64,000 nt of DNA, from positions 496,001 through 560,000 of the forward strand of contig QPGO01000002.1 of NCBI GenBank assembly GCA_008632985.1, given 5' to 3'. How positions within the stretch are numbered: position 1 is the first letter of the stretch; each line of letters opens with the position of its first letter. The DNA comes from Psammoneis japonica. Lineage: Eukaryota. Positions 51,355 to 62,365 of the stretch are shown piece by piece. The notes under the pieces were generated by a model. The model saw only the letters and a list, made by a program, of their open reading frames with translations, ran no database searches and was not told the DNA's origin. The translations under genes were made by a program, and so were the position numbers.

Positions 51355-54300
51355 ATGCGGGGCAGAAAGGCCTTCTGTTTTCAAGGATCTTGCTTGATTC
51401 TCGCCTCCGGTCCCCCAATCTGGCTCTTGTCCTTGCGACCAAAGGAATGGCCTGCTGTTTGTCACTGCTGCGACGACTCCCACTGGGGTTCTCCATCAGT
51501 GGAACTGTTTCGGAACCAATTGAATGCCTCCTTGGCACGGGTCTCATGGGCAAGGGTTGAACAACTGACCAGGCGGGTTGATGTTGTGTTCGTGTCGGGG
51601 CCACCTTCGTTCCTTGAGTCCGCAGCTCATGCAATGCGGTCGGGATCTTTGATCATGATCCCTGTGGGAGCGTTTTCGCGTCGCAGTCTTCTGGGTTTGA
51701 ACCAGCTACAGCGGCGGGACATTGCACATGCGGTGGTGGGCGGTGTCACTTCCTTTCGGACTGCACTCTTCTGGCGGGGGGTTCCTGCTCCGGTCTTTGA
51801 TGGAGGCCTGCGGCGGTCCATTGGGCACATCATCGACTGTGAGCCACCCGGGTCACCATCGCCACAACACCCGAGTGGGGAATTTTACAATGAGGGCGAC
51901 CATCTCAACCCACAGTTTCTGACCCGACCAGTCGTGCACCCATCGCATCGGTCGCCGACAGGTTGGGTCACCCGCACACTGTCTGTGGATGAGACATTGG
52001 CGGCCTGGGATTTTCGTTTCCGCACGCCTCAGGTGCATCAGGCTTTCGAGCGGGGATTTCCTCTTGTTCCGTTGAATCTCCTCACACTTTTTGTGGAGGC
52101 ATTTGTTGATCACACGCCCCGGAATTCGTCACAACCTGGGGGCGTGGTGTGTGACAACACGGAGGTCGGGGTCCCGGTCTGCCAGGCCAGAACGTGGCTG
52201 CCGACTCTCGGACGCTGCTTACCCCACACTTGGATCGACGCACCCCTCACAACGGCGAAAGCTGCAAAGGGGGATGCGGCAGCCCCTCCTTTCCGGTTGT
52301 GGGATAAGAGGATCACTTTGATTTTCCCGGGGTCTGGCGAGGCTTTGCCAGCCCTTCGGGACTTGGCGCACCGGTGGTGGCGGCGAAAGACCCTTCAGTC
52401 TTTTCTGGGCTATCTGCGCCGGGAGCATGGTCCGACTTGGGTCGCCATGCTGGCGACACAACGCCGACGTTTTGGGGATGCCACTGGCGTCTTCAGGGGG
52501 GGGTTTGCCGCCACCCTCCACTCCCACGCTTGCTTCTAGACGCACACCTTGGGACTGAGGTGTTGGCGCAAGTGTTGGACAGCTCCTGGTGGAGTTGGGA
52601 CCGAGGTTCGTCTCTTTTGTTCTGGCAGTGGCCCACTCTGGAACAGCGGGTGGGGGCTCGAGATGGGATCCAGACATTTGTCAAGGGCCCTCTCCCTCGC
52701 AATCGCCGACGGCAGAGAATCCGGGGGTCCGAGCACGAGATTCTTAGGATGGTGGACAAGATTCAAAAGGTCCGAGACCAAGGTTACATCCATTGTGGGA
52801 GGGTGGTTAGTCTAACTGATTGTTTTTGGGTCCCAAAAACCGTCCGTGTGGAACCCCAGAATGGTCGCTTGGTGGAAATCGTTGAAGACGTGCGAATGGT
52901 TTACAACGGAACCTCCTCGGGTTTAAACGACGCCCTCTGGGCACCCTCATTTTTCTTGCCCACTCCTGCGTTGGTTCTGGGGTGCATGACTCGTGCCACC
53001 TTTTCAGTGGATCTCGACCCAGGCGACATGTTTTTAAACTTCTTCATGGATCCCAACATTCGGCCACATGCGGGGATCGACTTAACGCCTCTCAAGCCAC
53101 ATCTCGGGTCCCAGGAGTCGATCTCGACGGGCACGCCCTGGTTCGAGCGTTGGAACCGTTTGTTTGTGGGGATGCGGCCCAGCCCTTGCTTGGCGGTGAG
53201 GGCATTTTGTTGGGCCGATGAGATTGCCAGAGGCGATCCAAACCGACTCTCCAATGTCATGGGATACGACAAGCTGCTCCTAAACTCACCAGGGGATCCC
53301 AACTTCCAGACGGAGAAACCGTTCGTGATGAAGTGGAATTCTCGTCGCAAGGAAATTGCTGGCGACATAAAAACATTCGTTGATGACTTGTGCGGAATGG
53401 GGGCTAATGAGGAATCCGCCTGGCAAGTTGCTCACCAAATGGCCTCGCGGTTGCAGTGTCTTGGACTGCAGAATGCTGCCCGGAAGGTGCGCCCCCCCTC
53501 GCAGGTTGAGACCGGAGCCTGGGCTGGCGCCATTTTCCGAGTTATCGATGGGGATGTCACTCAGTCAGTTTCCCAGGCCAAATGGGATAAAGCCAAGGGT
53601 GTCATTGCAGAACTGCTTGGTTTTTACGCCGGGCGTCCGGGGGGCTTCCTCCCTGCATTTGACTTTGAGGATCTGGAGCGGAAGAGGGGATTTCCAGTCC
53701 ACCTTGCGATGACTTGCCCCTTTTTAACACCATTCCTTGGAGGAATCCATTTGACCCTCGACTCCTGGCGACCAAATCGAAAGAAGGATGGTTGGGCGAT
53801 GACTGCGAAAGAATTCGCAAGCTGGATTCACCACCTCGCTGAGAAGCAGGGCCTTGACCCGTCAGAGGTTGCTGAGGGGCTAAGGGATCAACCGCCCCCT
53901 CCGCAGGTCACGGCTGTCCCTCGTTTGTTCATGGATTTAACTGCCATGTCCCGCGTCACGGAGTCTCCGACCCCTTCTGCGGTCATCATCCAGTCCTCAA
54001 AAATTGTCACTGTCCTCTGTGGCTTTGGGGATGCATCTGGAAAAGGCCTTGGGACCTCCCTGGAAGCAGCGGACGGAACCATTGTCTTTTGGGTCGGTGT
54101 GTGGGGCGATGATGATCTGGGGAACTCCTCCAACTGGAAAGAGTTGTCCAACACGGTGGACGCCATCCAAGAACTTGGGGAGCAGGGGGAATTGACCGGT
54201 GCGTGTTTGTTCTTTTTTGTGGACAACTCAGTTGCTGAAATGGCTTGGTGCAAGGGCACCTCGACCAGCCCTCTGCTGCTTGAGCAGGTCATTTGCTTGA

Positions 54301-55223
54301 AATCTTTGGAGGCCAAGCATGGGATTGGGCTGTGTCTCACACATGTCTCGGGGGTGCAGATGACAGCTCAGGGCACTGACGGAGTGTCCAGGGGAGTCTT
54401 GACCGAGGGTGTCATGAACGGAGCCAAGATGCTTTCGTTTGTCCCTCTCCATCTCGGAGCCACAACTCGGTCGGCTGCTCTCTTTGCGTGGGTTCAATCT
54501 TGGGCTGGGACTCCAGCTCCGGAACTGCTGACCCCCTTGGATTGGCATCGGAAGGGTCATGACATTGCGGGGTGGAGCTGCCCAGCCTGCAAAGCTGTCG
54601 AAATGCCCCATTTCAGATTGGGCACGTGGGTCTGGGCTCCACCTCCAGCCGCGGCGAGAGCGGCTCTAGAAGAGCTCCGGATTGCAAGAATCAAGCGCCA
54701 GACATCGTTCCACACATTCATCTGCCCGCGTTTGATGACTCCAGAGTGGCAGAAACAGTCGCACAAGGCGGCGGACCCAGTGTTTGCTGTCCCGGCTGGA
54801 TCAAGGCCATTCTGGCCAGGTGACATGTTCGAGCCCTTGCCAGTTGGCCTTCTTTTTCCGTTCGTCTCCTGCAGCCCTTGGCAGCTTCGGGGAACCCCGA
54901 AAATGTGTGCAATGGAGCGGTCCCTGCGTCGAGTGTGGCCGGATGCTACGGTGGACGAAAGGAATGTTTTGCGCAAATTTTGTGCACAGTGCAGGAATCT
55001 GGCCGGCATGTCGGAAGGCATGGTGTCCAGGGTGCCATGCTTCGAGAGAAAGCGTGACTTTCCATCTGGGGGGGACTCTGGAGGACGACCCTCAAAACGA
55101 CAACGCGCAATCTCTCGGGGGGGACCGCCCAAGGCTGGACGACAATGCTTGGTGTCGGAAGCCTCAAGACAAAAACAAGTTTGTACGGGCTCGCATGGGA
55201 GATCATCCAATGGTTGCCTTTGA
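51355..55223 (+). pseudogene. ORF2: reverse transcriptase and RNase H, frameshift at the G-run near 52496-52503
   Basis: FWVPK, DVRMVYNGTSSGLN, DLDPGDMFLNF, GMRPSP, TFVDDL; RNase H GFGDASGKG, SSNWKEL, FVDNS, DGVSRG. Confidence 0.88.
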
Positions 55224-56442
55224 GTGCGACACCTGTGCATTTCACAAGCTCTGCCAGAGGGAGGCCCTGCCTTCATCACCTCGAGACGAGGTCGCTCTAG
55301 CGTGCATTCGAAGAGTGATTTTGGACGCGTTTTGGAGCAGGGAATCGACAACAGTCGAAGCAAACGCGTCGAGAGTTGGGAGGGGCCTAGCCTTGTCTGA
55401 GCGCCTGGGCCCAATGGGGCCTTACCTCGAGCCGGGCCCTCTCCCACCCTGTGATCACTGTGGATGTGAAGTCGCCATGCAGATCGTCTTGGCTTCGACG
55501 GCGGCGGGAAAACACTCGGAATCGTACACTCAGTTTGACACGATCCGAAAATTGCGCACTGCTTGCTCCAACCAGGTGCGCGCATCGGCGGAGGCTAATT
55601 CGCGAGCTTTGGCATTGGGGGATTTGGAAGGCAAACAGTGTCTGCGCATGTGCGAAGACCCGTGTGCTTCACTGTGGTTCCAGCGATTCATGACCGGATG
55701 CAAAAGACGGATGGGCCAAGACTGGAGGCCTGACAGAGCGATGTCGGTCGACGTCATGCAACATCTGTTGCCTCGGGTCGAGGAGAGGGCCCTCCGAGCC
55801 CCAGGAGAGGCGGAGAGATTTATTTGCCTTGCACGCGGATTGCATTTTGCGGCCAGTTACGTCTTGTCTCTTCGAGGTCCCGAAGGCCTGCTCATGGACT
55901 TGGGGGCTCTTGTCAGACACCTCCCAAGACACGCGGGTTATGTTGTCGTCCCTCTTTTGGGCCGAGTCAAGGGAGAGCATGGGGAGCGGCAGCACCTCCT
56001 CCCCAGTGTCAATGTCACCAGCTCAGGTGTCAACCTTCGTTTTTGGGTCGAAACGGTGGTCTCATTGCACTGGGATCATCGGCGCACGTGTGGACCAGCG
56101 ACATCAAACATGGCGGGAAAGGTCTTGTCTACGAAAGAGCTCAACGTTTTCTTGCATGAAGTCTTGGGAGACATTTGTGAGGACCACCCAAGCCCATTCG
56201 CAGCGGACATCACCACATTCTCTGACATGCAGGACAAGTGTGATGTGAGTCGTTCGTTCAGACGGGGTTCGGACTCGCGTGCTGTTGCTCAGAAGGTGTC
56301 GGAAGATGACATTGACGTTGTCAACCGTTGGAAGAAGAAGGAAAGATCAGGTGCGGCACGACCCACACACAAAATGCGCCAGCACTGTGCCGACATTACC
56401 CTTCTTTTGCCATCATTCCTGCGTTGTGCTGAGGCCATGTGA
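54946..56442 (+). pseudogene. ORF3: tyrosine recombinase overlapping the 3' end of ORF2; presumed catalytic Tyr reads Cys
   Basis: LSLRGPEG (first Arg), LLGRVKGE, SRSFRRGS (HxxR box equivalent), NRW, and MRQHCAD at the expected nucleophile position. Start uncertain. Confidence 0.85.
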
Positions 56443-56555
56443 CTTGGGACGGTCGCGAGCCCTTGGCAATGCTGGGCCTCCGGAGGACAGTCTTCCAGCT
56501 TCCTGCTCTCCGGATCGACATTTTTGGTGGCCACTGCCCAGGATTCTCATCGGGG

Positions 56556-57008
56556 GGGATCAGAGCTCGACCCGTCTCATTCGGCCTCGGGAGTCAATGA
56601 GACGAGGTCTAGGACTGCAACGCAGCACAACACCTTCGACGGCTCCAGTTTTCGTGTGGGAAAACTTGGTCTGGCGTGTCTTCGTTCGAGGTGCTCACTT
56701 TGCCCCCTGGTCACTGCCCAACGTCGCGAAATGCCGAAGGGTGTGCTGCTGGGGGTTGGCTCTCGGAAACGCCCGAGGCACTGGTGCTCCGTTGAATTTC
56801 CGGAAGAGCCCCTGCACTGGCACAGGACCCTGCGGAGGGTTTGGGTTTCTCCCACCCCCCCTTGTACGGAGCAGAGCTTGTGCCGAAAGCCCTGCTCTGT
56901 GAGTCTCCTGAGTGTCTTGAGGTTTTGTTGCTTCTTGGTGGTTCTTGACTGGGATCAATTGAGATCTGGTCCGAAGCGATCGTTTGCTGAGTCAATGCTC
57001 GGATCCTC
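56556..57008 (+). repeat. Split direct repeat B1 (453 bp)
   Basis: Aligns to 57269-57724; the length difference comes from a C-run of 7 versus 10. Confidence 0.95.
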
Positions 57009-57251
57009 CTCGCACTCAAGTTTAGATGGAGACGGACTGACTCAAACCGACCTCGCTCGATGACTGTGACCTCTCGCTGGATCCGCGACGGAAGCAGGGT
57101 GCTTCCGACTCAAGATGACTCGGTCCAGTCTTCTGACTGTGACCGGTCAAACTTCGGTTTTCTTTTCTCTCACTTTTCCAGCTTTGTTGGAACAGGAACC
57201 CTGATCATCGTGACTGGACCACTCAAGCTCGGAAAAGCATTCTTCTTTTTA
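57006..57251 (+). repeat. Split direct repeat A2
   Basis: Copy of 48560-48805; overlaps B1 by CTC. Confidence 0.95.
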
Positions 57252-57268
57252 CCCACCCACCACACCCT

Positions 57269-57724
57269 GGGATTGGAGCTCGACCCGTCTCACTCGGCCT
57301 CGGGAGTCAATGAGACGAGGTCCAGGACTGCAACGCAGCACAACACCTTCGACGGCTCCAGTTTTCGTACGGGAAAACTTGGTCTGGTGTGTCTTCGTTC
57401 GAGGTGCTCACTTTACCCCCTGGTCACTGCCCAACGTCGCGAAATGCCGAAGGGTGTGCCACCAGGGGTTGGCTCTCGGAAACGCCCGAGGCACTGGTGC
57501 TCCGTTGAATTTCCGGAAGAGCCCCTGCACTGGTGCAGGACCCTGCGGAGGGTTTGGGTTTCTCCCACCCCCCCCCCTTGTGCGGAGCAGAGCTTGTGCC
57601 GAAAGCCCTGCTCTGTGAGTCTCCTGAGCATCTTAAGGTTTTGTCACTTCTCAGTGGTTCTTGACTGGGGTCAATTGAGATCTAGTCCGAAGCGATCGTT
57701 TGCTGAGTCAACACTCGGATCCTC
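57269..57724 (+). repeat. Split direct repeat B2 (456 bp)
   Basis: Copy of 56556-57008; ends GGATCCTC. Confidence 0.95.
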
Positions 57725-58558
57725 AACAGCCCCACAATGAACACAAACAACTGTCATGCGCGCATCAATGGAAAGCATGACACAGATTGCAGCAATTGCC
57801 TCGCACAACTTTTGGCGAATTCGTCAGGAGAAACACGACAAGCAAACAAAAAAAGCGATGTGCCATGGCGCTGATGATTGTGCTGGCGGTGTTCTGAGTT
57901 TCGATTCGAGATGATTTCTTGGATCAAACCCAGTGCCGGTTTAAATTGTGTCAAAACCAACTTGTCACTTCGCAGACACGATTCCCTGCACGCGAAAATC
58001 TGAAAGCTGCAAGCACGCACTTTCCCACGCACTTTCTTCGTCTCACAATCGCAGTTCTGGCAAGAAAGTAAAGCACCGCATCAACAACATCACCATGTTG
58101 CACGCTTTCCTCTTCTTGAACGCTTTGTTTTCTCATTGGCAACTGTGGCCGAGCCATCTCTTGCCTGCGCAGGGATCCCAAAGAGTTCCCGGTGGGCGCG
58201 GTGCTCTGCTTCGTCTTGTGTTGCTTGTTGAGGAACATTGACGTCTGGATCGTCGTCCGAACCTTTGTGGTTGCATTTCTCATCTGGCTCCACACGATCC
58301 TTGCTGCGGCACTGCCCAAGCAGACAAGGTGGAATTGTTCTGAATTTAACCAGCCTCCCCACGTTCGTCGCAGCCACTTTGTGGAGGCGCAACGCAAGAC
58401 GCATCGTTACGACGTCAATGAGCCATTTGCATCGCAAGTTTTTGTTGCTCTTGTTGCACTGCCTTTTATTGTGACGCTCATTTCTAACGTCACCTTCTTT
58501 CTTTGACATTCCATTTCTTGCGTTCAGCTCTGCCAACGGCACTGGTTCCAACAGTGGA

Positions 58559-59347
58559 GTGGCTCACGAGCCGTCTTCAAACTACAACCCCCCACCCTCC
58601 GTCGATTTTAAAGAAAAAGACAACGTCAAAGCTTCATCCCCCAAGCCGAGCCTTCCAAAGTGCCGCTGCAACGTCAAACCAGAAAAAGACAACGTCCAAG
58701 CTTCACCTGTCAAGCCGAGCCCTCCAAAGCATCAGCACAGAGTCGGTGAGAGAGTTTTGCACACGAACAGCAACACCAACGACGTCGCTTCTGCCAAGAT
58801 CATCAGCATTCACCGCGACGACAAAACTCCATGCTACACTGTCCTCTTCTCTAATGACAGAGAGAGGCAGACGGTTGAAAAGAATCTATCGCCCATCCCA
58901 AAAACACCAACGTCAGAAAAAGACGACATCGAAGCATCGCCTCACAAGCCGAGCCCTCCAAAGCACCAGCACAAAGTCGGCGAGAACGTCAAGCACACGA
59001 ATGGCAACACCAACGACGTCGCTTCTGCCAAGATCATTGGCATTCACCTTGACGACAAAACTCCGTGCTGCACTGTCCTCTTCTCCAACGGCAGAGAGCG
59101 ACAGACAGAAGAAAAGAATCTGTCTCCCGCCCCCAAAAAACCGACATCCAAGTACGAGAAGGGCCAACACGTGCATTGCTGCCGCAACAACACTCGTGTG
59201 TTGGCCAATGTTCTCAGGGTTTACTTTGATGATGATCTCGTGGCGCATTGCGACATTAAATGTATGGATGGGAGCGAGAGGCAGACGATTGACAAGCACC
59301 TGGAGGAACATCCGGCTCCCGAGTTGTGGGGAGTGCGACGAGGCTGA
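58559..59347 (+). pseudogene. Decayed gene with three tandem SH3/Tudor-like modules
   Basis: Two closely related ~190-bp units (about 58710-58895 and 58945-59130; VGE.V.HT..AKII.IH.DDKTPC[Y/C]TVLFSN.RERQT) and a third diverged unit. Confidence 0.55.
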
Positions 59348-60837
59348 GTTTTTTGCCATTGCGGGTGGAGAAGATCGTCTGTGATTGTACATCTTATTTT
59401 TTCGTTCAGGCCTGCATTGTCGTGAAGACGTGTTGGGCAGAAATTGTTTCAGATGTCAGCTTGTGGTGCGTTTTTCACTTGTCATTTTGGTGCTTGTTTA
59501 ACTGCAGCAGCAAAGTTGGAAGAGGCTTTCCAGATCTCGCATTCAGGCACGGCCGCCGTTTTGGAACTGGTTTTGTGTGCCAGCAGAAGAGAATGCAAGA
59601 TCCAGTTCGCCTCTGAAAGCTGATGTTGAACAGCAGCAACACTTGTTCCAATTTTCAAGTCGAAAACCATTGCAGGACTGGCGGAATCCAATGAGAAAAC
59701 GAGAAACAAACATCAGACGGGCTTTTTGCGTGCAAGGTAGAAGCTCACGGCTTGTTGGGTTTAGCATGGTGGGCATGGGGCATGGGAGTGGGGCTGGGGC
59801 TCGAGAGGGATTGGTCAGCGCACTGTAGAGTGTTGGGCCCACAGATCAAGATTGTGAAAACAAAACAAAAATTAGAAAACGCGTTGCAATCAGAACATCT
59901 CTTTCGCGCTTTTGAAAACTCGCTTTCACATCGTCCCACTTGCAATCATCCGACAACAGTGCAAGTGAGGCAATTGAGACCATTGTTGAGTGCCAGGTTG
60001 TTGGTTGAGAGCGTCCACTTTGTCCAAAGATTACCACACAGGTTGCGACCATCAGCATTGAGCATCTCATGTGCCGCACGAATCCACCAGGCCCGTTTCA
60101 GGCTTGGTCGGCAATCTCAAGGGCGATCTCCATCAGAATGTCAAGGATCTTTGCATCGTTCAGGACCCGACAAAGGAAAAAAAGCATCCCAAGCAGCTCG
60201 CGGCCAGCTGCAAATCATTTGGTGCCGAGGAGGACGCGTCCGTGAAGGTGTTGCTTGCATCGGATCGGCTGTCACTGCACACCTCACTCGATGCTTTGCC
60301 GACGCCTGTCCATTGGCGCCTTGTGCTGATGCCATGGACGACACAGGCTGTGCCTCAGAACGGCAAGACACACGTGCAGGACTTGGTTGTCATCACCGAT
60401 GATGCCCGTCGTCTGTTGCGCGAGCGTCGCAGATGTTCTTTCTGTGTCTTGATGCGCCACAATTGTTCAGGTGGAGGCGAACATGATGGCTTCTTGTCGC
60501 TGTCTGTGCCGGTTTGTGGCTGCATCGGAGTTGAAGCAGTTTCCGACTTGGAAATAAAGTTTGCAAAGTGCTTGGACCATTTGGCACTGAACAAAAGACG
60601 AGCAGCGTGCAACAACAAATTGGCACATGCGTCCGTTCAACAAAAAGCATTGAATAAAAACAATGACACACACCCTTCGCCAAGCATGCGCACTGTCTGG
60701 AATGGGATCAATTGTTTCACAAATTCGCCTCAGCCAATCGTGTTCACAACCGTGAGGCAGCACAGACAATCCGAGGAACAGTTCTGCCGCCACGCGTCCC
60801 AAGGACCACATGTCAACAGCGGAATCGCATGGCAGCC

Positions 60838-61140
60838 GTAGAGTGGAAGAACTTCCGGGCTGCGGTAAAATCGAATTTGAACGTAGCTGTGAGCCGTGTT
60901 TCCTTCACAGCAAGCCGAACCGAAAGCAATTAACTTGACATTGCTCGAATGAGACTGCTTCTCGGTCAGCAAGACATTCTCAGGCTTCAGATTGCAATGA
61001 ACAAATGATCGCCAACACAATTCCTTCACGCCGTCCACTGTTTTCACGAGCAACGGCCGAACCTTTGTCAAGGGCGACCCTCTTAACTGCCGATGATTCA
61101 AAACCCCAACAAATTCAAACACCAAGCAAAGGTGATTCTG
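60838..61140 (-). pseudogene. DYRK/YAK1-type kinase fragment
   Basis: HLCLVFE, VHCNLKPENVLL, VKLIAFGSAC, SYVQIRFYRSPEVL. The catalytic Asp residues are lost. Confidence 0.75.
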
Positions 61141-61799
61141 ATGCGGACTGTACGATTGCAGGTGCACTGTCTTGCGGTTTTCGCTTGAACGTCAATGGCC
61201 AAGAAATCCTTGTCTTTGCTCAGTGCCAAAGACATTGATCTCCACAGCTGCTTGTTGTGCACAAGCTTGACCATTCTTCACCACTTTCAGGGCCACAAAG
61301 ACCACCATGACAAACAGGGAGTGAGTTGAGATGCGTGTGTGCCAGCAGTGGCACGGCTCTCTAAGCCACAAACGTGCCGTTCCACCGCCCAGTAGACTGG
61401 TTCCTTGCGCAAGGCGTCTGTGTGCTTTTCGTGCACCAACAAGTGATCAGGAGCCACGCGCTAATTTTTTATTACAAAAACAGAGGTGGAAATGAGTTCC
61501 ACAGCAGCAATTCAAAGTCAACAGGAACAGCATTTTCAAATTCCAAAACTCCATTTACATGACGTTTGTCCCACATAAAAAGTTTTGCACCAAATGATGC
61601 GTTCCTCGGCTCAATCTTTATAAGAGAGAAAAGAGCAGTTGGCAAGATTAGTGCGTTGTGTGATTCCTCCACTTTCACGCGCAACATGCAGCATGCTTGC
61701 CCTTCCAACTTCCAACACGTTCCGATCCGGTAAACAAAATGGTTCATCATTCCTTTTACAAGAGCATCTCTGTTTTCTTCCACGCCGCCTTGAACAACT

Positions 61800-62281
61800 G
61801 CTTAAAATGAAGAAGAGGGAAAATGGGAAGCGTCAGAAGAACGAGCTCTTCCACAAGACATGCAACACACACACACAAGCATCTGCCAGGGGGTGCATGC
61901 ACACACCTTGCAATGCTCCCGGATCAAAATGGTGTGTCACCAATTCTTGCAGGAGCGTCAAGAGCGCCCGACCGTCTCTCCTCCCAAAGTCGGTCCGACA
62001 TCTTTCAGCTCTTGAATCTCCACCACACTTTTGCACATGCGAGGAAAGGCGCTTCTGGCAATAACAGCAGCACCGGAAGCACCAAAAAACCAAATGAAAA
62101 AGGATGTCCGGGAGGCTTCCAAAGCCTCGGAAACGATTGGGGCAGCGGTGGTTCCATCCGGAATTGCTTCAAGCCGCGACTTTGTGAAAGCAATTCGTGG
62201 GACTCCATTGTCACTCGGACAAAAGGAGTGAACCATGCAGGTCACGATCAGCACAACAAGAAACGTGAGAAGGCGCCTCAT
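61800..62281 (-). pseudogene. Fragment of a plastid-targeted protein gene
   Basis: Signal peptide plus HS-F cleavage motif (MRRLLTFLVVLIVTCMVHSF), then FFIWFFGASG..ARSAFPRM..GPTLGGET; the frame breaks near 61960. Confidence 0.45.
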
Positions 62282-62365
62282 GGTGAACGGGACGGACAGC
62301 GCACTGCACAGCTGAACAAATTACCCCGCAGTCGCTTGCTAGAGAGTGAAGTTATAGAAAATCAT

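Larger units (their letters stand above)
48560..57724 (+). mobile_element. Complete tyrosine-recombinase retrotransposon (DIRS order, Ngaro/PAT-type split direct repeats A1-ORFs-B1-A2-B2), 9165 bp
   Basis: A1 48560-48805 matches A2 57006-57251; B1 56556-57008 matches B2 57269-57724. Gag-like, RT/RNase H and YR ORFs lie between A1 and B1. Confidence 0.93.

Noticed and set aside
48560..57724. Classical RIP or CpG deamination as the explanation for the repeat differences
   Set aside because: RIP would raise TpA, not remove it. CpGs are abundant and shared between copies, and 7 sites show TA directly opposite TG or CA.
56556..57724. CRISPR array, ordinary LTR pair or assembly duplication
   Set aside because: The A1...B1-A2-B2 order with RT and YR ORFs matches split direct repeats, and the copies differ at many sites.
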